A DNA stretch of 64,000 bases from Mesorhizobium sp. 61-13. Lineage in GTDB: Bacteria > Pseudomonadota > Alphaproteobacteria > Rhizobiales > Rhizobiaceae. This document shows positions 26,489 to 37,900 of the stretch, in pieces (position 1 is the stretch's first letter; each line of letters starts with the position of its first letter). Both the position numbers and the translations under genes were made by a program. The stretch covers positions 25,911 to 89,910 of the forward strand of contig MKRZ01000089.1 of NCBI GenBank assembly GCA_001897075.1, in the 5' to 3' direction. A model generated the notes under the pieces. That model had not been told where the DNA came from and searched no databases. It saw only the letters and a program-made list of their open reading frames with translations.

Positions 26489-29400
26489 CTAGTCCGCAGG
26501 AACACCCGTCCCGCCAGGCTGCTTCTTCGAGCGCTTCTGACTACGCCGGTCCAGAGCGGCGATCATCTCTGCCGGCCGCGAAACATCCAACACAACGACC
26601 TCCAATTTGCCTTTCAGGCGTGTCGGAATATCGCCAAGGAGCATCGCCTCCAGCCCCTCAGCGCTTGAAGGGGCTTGTTGCCCATCGCTCCGGGTGGGGA
26701 TCGAAAACTCGGTCCCGAACCAGAAGACCAGATACACTCCGTGTCCGTCGGCCCCCGCGTCCGATGCGTACCCGCTGAGCTGACTGAGTGGTGAAGTCCA
26801 AAGCTCCTTATTGTAGTGACGCTTAGCTTCGATCGGCAGGTTCTTGCCGGCGTGGCTGAGAAGCAGAACGTCGGCTCGCGTGTTCTCCCCGCGCCGTGCT
26901 TCAGGGAGACTGGCGACAATCCCGTATCTCTCCAGGCGAACCCGCATCAGTTCGAGCAGCCGGTCCCGATCCTCATTTTCAATCTGTGGTGTCGTTGCCG
27001 CACCGTCCTTGTCGGTGTTCCAGAATCGTTTCCATGGGGTTTCGCTGCCTGTTCGCAACGTGCTCCTGTACCGATCGATCTCCTCAAGGACCACCGCTGT
27101 GAGATCTGCCGGACTTGCAGGGGCTCCCCCCGAAAGCGCCGCGACGAGGTCGCCCACTGGCGGCGCCACATAGAGATCATCCCGCTTCATCCTGGCATGT
27201 TCGGCGGCCGCGTGGGCGAGCTGCGGCTTCCAACTCGGATGTACCTCTGATGAGAGCGTTTTCAGAATCTCGCCTGCGTCGTTACTTTTCGAAGCGCTCA
27301 GGCGGCGGATGGCTGCCCTGATGATCCCGCTGACGGTGTTGGAGTGCCGCCAGTCATCCTCCTCGGCCTCGTGGGCTTTCCCAAGAACTGCGATTCGGAT
27401 GCGATCCAGCACATCGGGCTGCGGAGACAATTCAAAGAGGGCCGTCGCCAGATCGCCGTTGGGTCGCAACAACGCGCCCCGGACCTGCTCATCGGACAGT
27501 CCGGCAGAATATGCAGTCGGGTCGAGAGCCAGCGCGACAAAGCTCCAGATTTCGCGCTGCTCATCGCCAAGATCGGTCCGCTTTAGTGCATCGTCGGCAA
27601 AGCCCGCCAAATCGTCGGCAGCAAGCACAGTTGCGGCAGCGACCAAAGCCTGCCGCAATGCGGGCATCGGCAGGTTAGGCCGATGGTTCAGCAGTTCACG
27701 AAGGCATGCCGCGATAAGCCCATGCTCTTCGGCGCTCACCAAGTGATGAAGGCCATTGAGATCGTCATCTCCAGCGTCAAGGGCAGCTTTCCAGTACCGC
27801 AACATCTGGCTGACGCCTTGCTCGCGATCCTGCGCGAGACGTTGCACGGCCCAAGTGGCAAGCGAGGGTCCGTCGTCGCCCGCAAAATAGCTCTGACGCA
27901 TTCCGACCAGCGCGCAGACCAGTGGGGCCGCTGCAAGCTCCGCTTCCCGACCATGCAAGAGCCCCTGATGCAGTCCGGCGGCTACAACATATTCCTGCGC
28001 ATAGGCGCCGTTGGTTGCCTCCGCCCGCCCGAGACTCTCCGCATCGACCTTGATGTCGGTGTGGATCGCGAACTGGACAAACCCTTCTGCAATGGCTGCC
28101 GTAATCTCCCCGTTGGTGTAGCTCGTGACCTTGGCGAGCGGCTCCTCCTTCTTTGATATTCTCGCGTTGCGGTAGTGATCGGCCGCCCACTTCAGCGCGC
28201 CGAATTCGCTCGCGACGCCGCTCGCGATCGCGGCGAGCTTCGGTGTCAACGCAGCGATGTTGTCCTTCCGCGAGACTTCCGTCTTTGCGTCCTGTTGGGC
28301 CTGCCTTTGCGCCTGCTGCTTCTTCCACTTGGCGTTCGGGTCGGACAGCAGCAACTTTATGAATCCGGTGTGGCCACCTTCCTCTTTGAGAATGGAGACC
28401 ATCTTTTCGCGCCACTTTGGCCAACGCGCTTCACCGCGCGCCGTGTACGCGGCAATCTGGAAGAGCCGTTTGCGCCATGGTCCCTTCGCCTCGTTCCGGG
28501 CCAGCACAATCAGTGCCTCGACCAACGCCTCCGAGGGGAGCCGGCGCATGGTCGACATGTAGTGGTTCACAACAACCCAAGGCCCATCGGTGGGTGCGCC
28601 GGATTTCGACATGGCGAGAAAGAAGTCGAGTTCCCGCCGCTGAGGGTCGGCGTCCATCCACTTCTGCATCGCCTCGACCACGTCGCTATCGAGCATGTCC
28701 CAGACATGGTCGCGGGCGTTGTTTATCCAAGTCCACAAACGCTCGGCGTCAACCTCGGGACGCCGTTCAATTGTGGACACCAGCGCCTGATCGATGAAGA
28801 AGCGGACTTGCGATTTCTGTCGGAGCCCGCCCGTCGACCCGTGCGAAATCGGCAGATCGAACAGGTCTTCCGGCGCAGATCGACGCAGGGCAAGAGCCAG
28901 CGCATTCAACGCCCCGCGGTCCTCAACCTCATCATCATCCGATGGTGCGGGCAATGCGCTGAAATCGGCCAGGAGTTTGCGAATCTCGGATGCCGCTATC
29001 GCGTCGGCCGGCATTGCCGCCAGCAGTCTTGCCCTCAGTACAACCTGGCCGGCGTCGACGGGCTGAAGCTCCAGCTCAGATATCAGGGCTCGGCGTATTG
29101 CCGTTCGGTCCCCTCCGGCTCTGGCGATCACTTCTGAGGCGCGTTCGCGCATCCACAACGGTCGGCCGGCTTCGAGAACGATCTCACGAAGTTTGCTCTG
29201 AATTCCCTGGACCGGTAGTCCGTCCGCAAGAGCCTGCAGGACCGTAAGCTGGAGATGACTGCGGATGTCCGTGTCCAGGATCGTCGCGAAGTCCCCGGCG
29301 AGGTCCTCGCCGGCGAGCCCGCCCAGCACGGTCGCGTCGTCCTGCGACGAGAGAAAATAGGGATCGTCGCGGTCGAGATTGAGAAGGATCGCTTTCCGCC

Positions 29401-30556
29401 CCAGGTTGTCGAAAGCGGCAGCATCACCATAAGCGAGCACGGTCGCAGCATCCCGATCGATGAGACGGATTGCGCCCTGCGCGTCTCCCCGCTTGTGAAG
29501 ATGCGCCGCGAACCAGGCATAAAGTCCTCGAAGCTCGCTGGGTGCCTGGCGATCCGCGCCGGTGATGAGCGCGATGGCACGACGCAGGGGGAAAGCGTGA
29601 TTGTTTCCGGTCCCCGTTACGATCCTTGCCAGGAAACGAGCAGCGAGAAACTCTGCCACCGTGCGATGGCAGACCTCGAAGGCGTGACCCTCGCCGCGAA
29701 ACAACGCCGTGTCCAAGGCGGCAGCAACATGTGCAGGCTCGATGTTGAGCCCGTTCGTGCTCACATACTCATTGGCGCCACCCGTTTGAGGTGGCATGGC
29801 ATTGGAGCGCCAGACCGCCCTGGCACCGGAAGCGAGGACGTAGAAGCATAGTCTTGAGGCCGCTTCGACAATGGCCTCGACGCTGGGTCGGGGATCGATC
29901 ACACGCTCGGGATCGTATTCGTGGGCCAGTGCCCAGATGGCCTTTTCGAACAACTCGAAGCGCGTTCCAGGCCATGTTCCATCGGCCGCCACGGCCGAGT
30001 GAAGCAACCGGAGACTCAAGGGGCTTTCGAGGAAGGCCGCTGCGCCGCGCGTCCGCGCCTCGATCACGAATGCTCGCGGATCCACGGCGCCGAGCGCGGC
30101 CAGAACGGCTTCGGCCTCGCTTTCGTCCAAGGGCAAAAGGCGAGCCACGACGATGGAACTATTGTTGGCCGCCCGCCGCATGGCCCCCAGATCGGCGGCG
30201 TCGCGCCAGTCCTCAGCCCGACAGGTAAGGCGCCAGCGATGATGTTTGCTCGCTGACAATGTGTTGGCGAGTTGCAGGAGCTTGTCCTTGCCGTTCTCGC
30301 CCGTCCGATACTCATCCAACGCATCGAGGTAGACCGTATCGGGGGCCGGCAGCGGAACACCGCTCATCGCTTCGCGACACGTGACGACTTCGCCCCCTTC
30401 GGCCGCGGCCTCATGGCGCAATGCCGTCGACTTACCGAGGCCGGGCTCGCCGAGCAGAACGACACACGGTTCATCGCGCAGCGAACTCAGGCGGCGTTCG
30501 CTCGCTTCTGCCTCGCCGTGAACAAGGACGCGTCGGTCTAGGGATGCAATCTTCAT
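26489..30556 (-). CDS. NACHT/STAND-like P-loop NTPase with long helical middle region and a C-terminal PD-(D/E)xK-like domain (about 1355 aa)
   Basis: Walker A VVLLGEPGLGKST and Walker B VYLDALDEY near the N-terminus. C-terminus: ...RADVLLLSHAGKNLPIEAKRHYNKELW (D...E-x-K). Preferred start is ATG at 30556 (MKIASLD). Confidence 0.75.
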   Translation of the reverse strand: MKIASLDRRVLVHGEAEASERRLSSLRDEPCVVLLGEPGLGKSTALRHEAAAEGGEVVTCREAMSGVPLPAPDTVYLDALDEYRTGENGKDKLLQLANTLSASKHHRWRLTCRAEDWRDAADLGAMRRAANNSSIVVARLLPLDESEAEAVLAALGAVDPRAFVIEARTRGAAAFLESPLSLRLLHSAVAADGTWPGTRFELFEKAIWALAHEYDPERVIDPRPSVEAIVEAASRLCFYVLASGARAVWRSNAMPPQTGGANEYVSTNGLNIEPAHVAAALDTALFRGEGHAFEVCHRTVAEFLAARFLARIVTGTGNNHAFPLRRAIALITGADRQAPSELRGLYAWFAAHLHKRGDAQGAIRLIDRDAATVLAYGDAAAFDNLGRKAILLNLDRDDPYFLSSQDDATVLGGLAGEDLAGDFATILDTDIRSHLQLTVLQALADGLPVQGIQSKLREIVLEAGRPLWMRERASEVIARAGGDRTAIRRALISELELQPVDAGQVVLRARLLAAMPADAIAASEIRKLLADFSALPAPSDDDEVEDRGALNALALALRRSAPEDLFDLPISHGSTGGLRQKSQVRFFIDQALVSTIERRPEVDAERLWTWINNARDHVWDMLDSDVVEAMQKWMDADPQRRELDFFLAMSKSGAPTDGPWVVVNHYMSTMRRLPSEALVEALIVLARNEAKGPWRKRLFQIAAYTARGEARWPKWREKMVSILKEEGGHTGFIKLLLSDPNAKWKKQQAQRQAQQDAKTEVSRKDNIAALTPKLAAIASGVASEFGALKWAADHYRNARISKKEEPLAKVTSYTNGEITAAIAEGFVQFAIHTDIKVDAESLGRAEATNGAYAQEYVVAAGLHQGLLHGREAELAAAPLVCALVGMRQSYFAGDDGPSLATWAVQRLAQDREQGVSQMLRYWKAALDAGDDDLNGLHHLVSAEEHGLIAACLRELLNHRPNLPMPALRQALVAAATVLAADDLAGFADDALKRTDLGDEQREIWSFVALALDPTAYSAGLSDEQVRGALLRPNGDLATALFELSPQPDVLDRIRIAVLGKAHEAEEDDWRHSNTVSGIIRAAIRRLSASKSNDAGEILKTLSSEVHPSWKPQLAHAAAEHARMKRDDLYVAPPVGDLVAALSGGAPASPADLTAVVLEEIDRYRSTLRTGSETPWKRFWNTDKDGAATTPQIENEDRDRLLELMRVRLERYGIVASLPEARRGENTRADVLLLSHAGKNLPIEAKRHYNKELWTSPLSQLSGYASDAGADGHGVYLVFWFGTEFSIPTRSDGQQAPSSAEGLEAMLLGDIPTRLKGKLEVVVLDVSRPAEMIAALDRRSQKRSKKQPGGTGVPAD

Positions 30557-30764
30557 GAGCAAGAAATACTGTCGCCCGTGTCAGCGACAAAGAACAAAAT
30601 GCGAGCCCTGGGCTGCTCCACATCGCGTTCGCTGTGGATTCTCCATATTGCAGGAGCCTTGCTTTCGACCGCAGTTTCTTCGACAGACTTAGCAGGGGAC
30701 CGACAGCACACCGGCAATCCTCGGCTCGGCAACCCAACGGTCACAAACTGCGAGGCTTTCGAGC

Positions 30765-31613
30765 TTGCCGGCCATTATCGACGTCTGGAGCGCAAACACA
30801 TTCGACTCGGTCTTGCTTAAGTTCCTGACGTCGAAGGCAGACCTGGTCCGGGCCTATTTTGACACCGACAGGGACATCTTTCTTTCCTACGATCTAGGCC
30901 GTGGGCAACCGCGACCGATGATGCGCCCCGACAACCCCTACGCCTCGGACTTTTATAGTCTGCTCGACACCGCCGACGAACTCATGGCTGCGCGCACAAT
31001 CCGCGCCTTTCACTACACGCGGCTTACCGATGATGAAGTCACCGACCTGTCTCGTTCCGGCATCCATCTGTCGACACCGGCAACGCTGCTCCGGCGCTTC
31101 AACACACTGGTTACATCAGCCGTTTTGCCGCGCGCGATAGCCGACAGCCTATACGCGCAGAGTCCGTTCCACAGCGATCAGCGCGAAGCCCGAGCCGGAA
31201 AGTTCTGGATGGTATCGCATCCCACACCACCTGAAGATGGCGGCGTTGTCCCGCTCATGAAGCACTGGGGTGGCGAAGTCGCCTCCATGTGGGTCAGCGA
31301 CCCGGGGCTCTTGGCTCCATTGCAGGCCATCGGCCGCGCACGCATCCTCGAGGTGGCCGTGCCGCTCGCGTTGACACGGCACAGCTACGCCGCCGGCAAG
31401 GCGGTCGTCGCCACCTTTGGTCGCTCCGTGGGAGCTATCCCGGAAAAGGGGGCCTTCGACCTCTATATAGATCAGGCATTGCCGCCTTCCGCCGTTCTTT
31501 CCGTCCACACCGAAGGCGACCCTGCCTACACCGCTGTGGGCACCACTTATCCCGCAGGGTTTACCGACGTGGATGCAGGTCGCTGGAAAGAACTGACTGG
31601 CGAGGAAGACTGA
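30765..31613 (+). CDS. Hypothetical protein (282 aa)
   Basis: Long ORF, TTG start in the track, divergent from the NACHT-like gene. No confident motif. Confidence 0.5.
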   Translation: MPAIIDVWSANTFDSVLLKFLTSKADLVRAYFDTDRDIFLSYDLGRGQPRPMMRPDNPYASDFYSLLDTADELMAARTIRAFHYTRLTDDEVTDLSRSGIHLSTPATLLRRFNTLVTSAVLPRAIADSLYAQSPFHSDQREARAGKFWMVSHPTPPEDGGVVPLMKHWGGEVASMWVSDPGLLAPLQAIGRARILEVAVPLALTRHSYAAGKAVVATFGRSVGAIPEKGAFDLYIDQALPPSAVLSVHTEGDPAYTAVGTTYPAGFTDVDAGRWKELTGEED

Positions 31614-32404
31614 TCGCGCGTGCCACCTGGCCAGTCGGCCAACACCATGCGTGAGCGCCCGTCGAGGGCGGCTATTGGGCCGAGCGCAGCAAGATCAAGG
31701 CCGGAAGCAGTGTCATCCTCGAACTGCGCGGCTCGACGAAATCGCCGGCCAATGCCGAATGATAACGCATCGGCAAATTGCAGACCCGCTACATGGCTGG
31801 ATGGAGCGGTCAATATGCCACCTCCTATCAACCAGGGCGCATCCTCACTTGCGTCGCGCTCAATGCCGTTTCTGGCACGATCCTGATCGATCATGATCAT
31901 GGCCGGCCGGCCTTCAGCGTACAATTCTTCCTGGAGCGACCGCAGCATCACGCGCTTGAGCGCGGCATTCCGACTGACGCCGAACTCAGCGTTTCCCTGC
32001 TCGCGCCACTGCCGTCTCATCTGTTTGTATTGGCCGGCGGAAAGATAGCTGTAGCGCATGCTGGCCCCGGAGCGATCGACCAGTTCGCGCATCAGATGAA
32101 ACATCCCCATCCGGTCCGAAATACTGACGTCGCGCCAGCGTGAGCCCTCCTTCGGGTTGAAGACTTCCGCCCCGTGAAACTCAAGCTGACCTAGCTGCCT
32201 CAGACGCTCATTGAGAACGCTCTCGATCTCCGAGTAGCGCTCCGAATCCAACTTTATCGCTGCGAGCACACGCAGGTCGGGGACCAAAGCCTTTGTGCCA
32301 CCGCCATGAAAATCGGTATCATCCACAAACACCAGTGTCGTTCCCGGCTCACGCATCTCCGCGAGAACATAGGTGAGATCGAACTCTCCGCTGGACGCCG
32401 TCAT
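31547..32404 (-). CDS. DUF3800-like protein
   Basis: MTASSGEF..LVFVDDTDFHGGG near the N-terminus and HVAGLQFADALSFGI near the C-terminus match DUF3800 landmarks. The 3' end overlaps the convergent gene by 67 nt. Confidence 0.6.
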   Translation of the reverse strand: MTASSGEFDLTYVLAEMREPGTTLVFVDDTDFHGGGTKALVPDLRVLAAIKLDSERYSEIESVLNERLRQLGQLEFHGAEVFNPKEGSRWRDVSISDRMGMFHLMRELVDRSGASMRYSYLSAGQYKQMRRQWREQGNAEFGVSRNAALKRVMLRSLQEELYAEGRPAMIMIDQDRARNGIERDASEDAPWLIGGGILTAPSSHVAGLQFADALSFGIGRRFRRAAQFEDDTASGLDLAALGPIAALDGRSRMVLADWPGGTRDQSSSPVSSFQRPASTSVNPAG

Positions 32405-32641
32405 CGTGTCTTTCCTCACCTCGGCATTCCGAATCGGCCCCACTGAAGCAGGCCTGTGGCGAAACGAGCTGAATGCTTCGCGGACCGCCGACTCGGCGCG
32501 ATCCGAACCGAGCAGGATACTACCAGAAACTCGTCCGCCTCGGATGACCTCCAATGATGGTTCGCGTCCCCATCGAGGTATGGCCCGCGATCAAGTTTGG
32601 CGCCGGCGCCGCGAGTCCGATTGACTCATTCCCATTGAATA

Positions 32642-32656
32642 GAACAAATAGGGAAC
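32642..32656 (+). promoter_or_regulatory. LexA (SOS) box GAAC-N7-GAAC upstream of imuA
   Basis: GAACaaataggGAAC with TTGACT 15 nt upstream, 50 nt before the imuA ATG. Confidence 0.75.
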
Positions 32657-32705
32657 ATACCAACCCAGAAATCCATTGGGAAGACCGTTTGAGAGTGATT
32701 TATCC

Positions 32706-33467
32706 ATGGGTCAGCCGGCCGCCAGCCCTGCCATCGCTGCGCTTCGCGAGCGAATCGCACGCCTCGAAGGCGGGCCGGCGCGTCATCGTGCGGCGCTTCC
32801 GTTCGGCGTCCCCGCTATCGATAGGGCACTGCCGGGAGGTGGGCTGGCGCTCGGGGCGCTGCATGAGGTGGCGGGCGGCCGCAACGGGGCAATCGATGGG
32901 GCGGCGGCGGCGTTATTTGCCGCCGGCATCGCCGCGCGCACCAAAGGCAAGGTGCTCTGGTGCGTCACCCGGCAGGATCTCTTCGCCCCGGCGCTCGCCC
33001 AGGCAGGGCTGCTGCCCGGCCGTGTCGTCTATGTCGAGGCCGGCGACGAAGCCTCGGTGCTCGCCTGTTTCGAGGAAGGGCTTCGCCATGGCGGGCTCGG
33101 CGCCGTCGTCGCGGAACTGGCCCGTCTTCCCATGACCGCCTCCCGCCGACTGCAACTGGCCGCCGAGACATCCGGCGCCATCGGCATCGCTATCCGCCGC
33201 TGGCGCCGACAGACCGAAGCCACCGATTTTGGACAACCGACCGCCGCGGTCAGCCGCTGGCGCGTCTCCGCGCTTCCCTCCCGCCCCTTGCCGGTTCCCG
33301 GCATCGGCCGCGCCCGCTGGCAGCTCGAACTCATCCGGGTGCGGGCGGGAGAAAGCGCCGATTTCGAAGTGGAAGCCTGCGATGACAAGGGTCGTCTCGC
33401 TCTATTTTCCGACCTGGCCGACCGATCGCCTGCGGCGCGCGATGGGGACATCCGCGCCCTCGGCTGA
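32706..33467 (+). CDS. imuA: ImuA (RecA/SulA-like component of the mutagenesis cassette)
   Basis: MGQPAASPAIAALRERIARLEG...ALPFGVPAIDRALPGGGLALGALHEV... First gene of the imuA-imuB-dnaE2 order. Confidence 0.85.
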   Translation: MGQPAASPAIAALRERIARLEGGPARHRAALPFGVPAIDRALPGGGLALGALHEVAGGRNGAIDGAAAALFAAGIAARTKGKVLWCVTRQDLFAPALAQAGLLPGRVVYVEAGDEASVLACFEEGLRHGGLGAVVAELARLPMTASRRLQLAAETSGAIGIAIRRWRRQTEATDFGQPTAAVSRWRVSALPSRPLPVPGIGRARWQLELIRVRAGESADFEVEACDDKGRLALFSDLADRSPAARDGDIRALG

Positions 33468-34902
33468 AACCCCGATCGTCATGCTCGGCCGGCAGGGAAA
33501 CCGGCGGCTGGTGCTGGCCGCCGATGCGGCGGCGCGCGCGGCTGGCCTGCGCGTCGGCATGCCGGCGAGCAAGGCCCAGGTTCTGGTGCCCAACCTCCAG
33601 AGCTTCGACCTCGACGCGCCGGGCGATGCCGCGGCGCTCGATAGAATGGCGCTCTGGTGCTTGCGCTACGCGCCGATCATCGCCGCCGACCCGCCCGATG
33701 GTCTCATCATCGACACCACGGGCGCCGATCATCTGCATGGCGGCGAAGAGGCGATGCTCGAGGGGCTGGTATCGCGCCTGGCGGCATCCGGGATCGACGC
33801 TCGGGTCGCAGTGGCGGACACCTGGGGCGCCGCCCATGCCTGCGCACGTTTCCTCGCCCGTCCGACCTTCATCGTCCCGACGGGGCAAGCTCCGGCGATC
33901 GTGCGCGGCCTTCCGATCGGCGCCTTGCGGCTTCCCCACGAGATCATCTCCGGCCTGCTCACGCTCGGCTTCGAGCGGGTCGGCGACCTCGAAGCGGCGC
34001 CGCGCGCCTCTCTGACCCTGCGCTTCGGGCCCGAACTCGGCCGCCGCCTCGACCAGGCCCTGGGCCGGCGTGGCGAGCCATTCGAGCCCGTCCGCTCGCC
34101 CGAAATCATCGAAGTCCGCCGCGCCTTCGGCGAGCCGATCAGCGCGGCGGAAACCATCGCCCGCTATACCGGCAAGCTCGTCACGGCTCTCTGCGAAGCG
34201 CTCGAGACCAGGGGCCTCGGCGTCCGCCGGCTCGACCTCGTCTTTCACCGCGTCGATAGCCGCTTCGAAGCCATTCGCGCCGGGACCGCCGTGCCCGTGC
34301 GCGACGTCAAGCGGCTGACCCGGCTCCTCACCGACCGGATCGAGACCGTCGATCCCGGCTTCGGCATCGAGGTCATGACGCTGGCCGCGACCCTCACCGA
34401 GCCGTTCGGCGCCCGGCAGATCATCTCCTCGCTGGTCGAGGAACCCGAGCCCGACATCACCGACCTCATCGACACGCTCAGCAATCGCATCGGCGAGCAG
34501 CGACTCTATCGCTTTGCTCCGGTCGAGAGCGACGTACCGGAACGCGCCATCCGCCGCGTTGCGCCGACCGCGCCGGATGACGGGACGAACTGGCCAGGCG
34601 ACTGGCCGCGCCCGCCGCGTCTGCTGGCGCATCCCGAACCCATCGAGACCATGGCGCTGCTGCCCGACCACCCGCCGGTCTGGTTCAGTTGGCGCGGCAT
34701 CCGGCATCGCGTCGCGCGCGCAGACGGTCCGGAACGCGTTTTCGGCGAATGGTGGCAGCGCGATGCCGAACTGATCGCGGTCCGCGACTATTTCCAGGTG
34801 GAGGACGCGTCCGGGGAGCGCTTCTGGATCTATCGTGCCGGCGACGGCGAGGATCCCGAGACCGGCTCGCACAAATGGTTTCTGCATGGGGTCTTCGCAT
34901 GA
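33382..34902 (+). CDS. imuB: ImuB (Y-family polymerase-like)
   Basis: [19 protein letters not shown]...[24 protein letters not shown]... The stop overlaps the dnaE2 ATG (ATGA at 34899-34902). Confidence 0.85.
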   Translation: MTRVVSLYFPTWPTDRLRRAMGTSAPSAETPIVMLGRQGNRRLVLAADAAARAAGLRVGMPASKAQVLVPNLQSFDLDAPGDAAALDRMALWCLRYAPIIAADPPDGLIIDTTGADHLHGGEEAMLEGLVSRLAASGIDARVAVADTWGAAHACARFLARPTFIVPTGQAPAIVRGLPIGALRLPHEIISGLLTLGFERVGDLEAAPRASLTLRFGPELGRRLDQALGRRGEPFEPVRSPEIIEVRRAFGEPISAAETIARYTGKLVTALCEALETRGLGVRRLDLVFHRVDSRFEAIRAGTAVPVRDVKRLTRLLTDRIETVDPGFGIEVMTLAATLTEPFGARQIISSLVEEPEPDITDLIDTLSNRIGEQRLYRFAPVESDVPERAIRRVAPTAPDDGTNWPGDWPRPPRLLAHPEPIETMALLPDHPPVWFSWRGIRHRVARADGPERVFGEWWQRDAELIAVRDYFQVEDASGERFWIYRAGDGEDPETGSHKWFLHGVFA

Positions 34903-37900
34903 GCGGGCCGCGCTATGCCGAATTGCAGGTCACGAGCCACTTCTCGTTCCTGCGCGGTGCGAGCAGTTGCGATGAGCTTTTCGCCCAGGCCACCATACTC
35001 GGCATCGAGGCCCTGGCCGTGCTCGACCGCAATTCGCTGGCCGGCGTTGTGCGTGCCCATCAGGCAGCCAAGGATACCGGCATCCGGCTCATCGTCGGCT
35101 GCCGCCTCGATCTGGTCGATGGCATGTCGGTGCTGGTCTATCCGACCGATCGCGCCGCCTATTCCCGGCTGTGCCGGCTGCTCACCCTGGGCAAGAAGCG
35201 CGGCGGCAAGGCAAAGTGCCACCTCGAGTGGGACGACGTCGCCACCTACGCCGAGGGTCTCATCGCGGTCCTCGTCCCCGCTCAGGCGGATGAGACCTGC
35301 GCGATGCAACTGCGGCGCCTGCGCGACACCTTCAAGGACCGCGCCTATCTCGCTTTGACCCTGCGGCGCCGGCCCAACGATCAGCTTCGCCTCCACGATT
35401 TGTCCAACCTCGCCACCCGGATGCGGGTTCCGACGGTGGTGACGAACGACGTTCTGTTCCACGAACCCGGCCGGCGCATCCTGCAGGATGTGGTGACGGC
35501 CATTCGCCACAACATCACCATTGACGCGCTGGGCTTTAGGCGCGAGCGCCATGCTGACCGCTATCTCAAGCCGCCCGAGGAAATGGCACGGCTGTTCTCG
35601 CGCTATCCCGAAGCTTTGGCGCGCACGCACGAGATTGCCCGCCAGTGCCGCTTCTCGCTCGACGAACTGGCCTATCAATATCCGGAAGAAAAGATGCTGC
35701 CCGGGCTGACGGCGCAGCAGGCGCTTGAGAAACTAACCTGGGAAGGCGCCGAACGGCGCTATCCCGAAGGCGTCCCGGACAAGGTCATCGCCCTCATCAA
35801 ACATGAATTGCGGCTGATCGCGACGCTGCAATATGCGCCGTATTTTCTGACCGTGAACGCCATCGTGCAGTTCGCACGCAGCCGGGACATCCTGTGCCAG
35901 GGCAGAGGATCGGCCGCCAATTCGGCGGTTTGCTACGTGCTGGGCATCACCAGCATCGATCCCGAACGCAACAATCTCCTCTTCGAGCGTTTCGTCAGCC
36001 AGGAGCGCAAGGAGCCCCCTGATATCGACGTCGATTTCGAGCATGAACGGCGCGAGATCGTCATGCAGTGGGTCTACGAGACCTACGGCCGCGATCACAG
36101 CGCGCTCTGCTCGACCGTCGTGCGCTATCACACCAAGGGCGCCGTCCGCGACATCGGCAAGGCGCTCGGCCTGCCCGAGGACGTCACCAAGATGCTGTCC
36201 TCGCAGGTCTGGGGTCACGGCGAGGGCATCGACGAGTCGCGTGCCCGCGAACTCAATTTCAACCTGGCCGATCGCCGGCTGCGGCTGACGCTGGAACTGG
36301 CGCAGCAGTTGGAAGGGACGCCCCGGCACCTCTCGCAGCATCCGGGCGGCTTCGTTCTGACCAATGACAGGCTTGATGACCTAGCGCCGATCGAGCCGGC
36401 CCGCATGGTCGATCGCCAGGTCATCGAGTGGGACAAGGACGACATCGACATCCTCAAATTCATGAAGGTCGACGTGCTGGCGCTCGGCATGCTCACCTGC
36501 ATGAAGCGCAGCTTCGATCTGCTCGCCGAGCACAAGGGCATGACCCTCGACCTCGCCACCATCCCGGCCGAGGACCCGGCGACCTACGCCATGATCCGCA
36601 AGGCGGACACGATCGGCGTCTTCCAGATCGAAAGCCGGGCACAGATGTCGATGCTGCCGCGCATCAAGCCGCGCACCTTCTACGATCTGGTCGTGGAGGT
36701 GGCCATCGTTCGCCCCGGTCCGATCCAGGGCGACATGGTCCATCCCTATCTTCGCCGCCGCGAGGGCAAGGAGCCGGTCGAATTCCCGACGCCCGAGCTG
36801 GAGCGCGTGCTGGGCAAGACGCTCGGTGTACCGCTATTCCAGGAGCAGGCCATGCAGGTCGCGATGGTCTGCGCCGGCTTTTCCGCCGGCGAAGCCGACC
36901 AGTTGCGCCGCGCCATGGCGACGTTCAAGCACACCGGCGGGGTCAGCAAGTTCAGGAACAAGCTGATCGGCGGCATGATCGCCAATGGTTATACCCCGGA
37001 CTTCGCGGCCAACACCTTCAGGCAACTCGAAGGCTTCGGCAGCTACGGCTTTCCCGAAAGCCACGCCGCTTCGTTCGCCCTGATCGCCTATGCGTCATCC
37101 TGGATGAAATGCCACCATCCCGACGTCTTCTGCTGCGCGCTGCTCAACTCCCAGCCGATGGGCTTCTATCTGCCGGCACAGATCGTGCGCGATGCCCGCG
37201 ATCATGGTGTCGAGATCCGACCCGTCTGCATCAATGCCAGCCGCTGGGACTGCACGCTGGAACCGGCCGGCGAGGATGGCCGGTTCGCCGTCCGTCTGGG
37301 TCTCCGCCTCGTCAAAGGTCTCGCCAATGCCGACGCCGGCGCGATCGTCGCGGCACGGGCGGACGAGCCCTTCGCCTCCATCGACGACCTCTGGCACCGC
37401 GCGGGCGTTCCCGCGGCGTCGCTCGTGCAACTCGCCGAAGCCGATGCCTTCCGCGCCGATCTCGGCCTGGCGCGTCGCGAGGCGCTCTGGGCCCTCAAGG
37501 GATTGCGCGACGAACCCTTGCCGCTCTTTGCCGCCGCGTCGGCGCGTGAGCGGCAGACCGTCGCCGAGATTCACGAACCGGCCGTGCCCCTGCGCGCGAT
37601 GACGGCCGGACGGGAAGTGGTCGAGGATTACGGGCATGTCGGGCTCACCCTGCGCAGTCATCCGCTGTCCTTCCTGCGCGCCGACCTTGTCCGACGCCGC
37701 ATCGTGACCTGCCGCGAGGCAATGCAGGCCCGCGACGGCCGCTGGCTGGAGGCCGCGGGGCTGGTGCTGGTGCGCCAGCGCCCCGGTTCGGCCAAGGGCG
37801 TCATGTTTCTCACCATGGAAGACGAGACCGGCGCCGCCAATGTCGTGGTCTGGGTCAAGGTCTTCGAGAAGTTCCGCCGCGTGCTGCTCTCCTCGTCGAT

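Noticed and set aside
30765-31613. ADP-ribosyltransferase (R-S-E) assignment for the 282-aa protein
   Set aside because: The candidate R (FHYTRL), S-T (LSTPAT) and E positions are in plausible order, but there is no ExE/QxE motif or other support. I left it as hypothetical.
33331-34887. 518-aa ORF on the minus strand
   Set aside because: It is exactly antisense to imuB. It is Arg/Gly/Ala/Pro-rich with no motifs, a typical shadow ORF of high-GC coding DNA.
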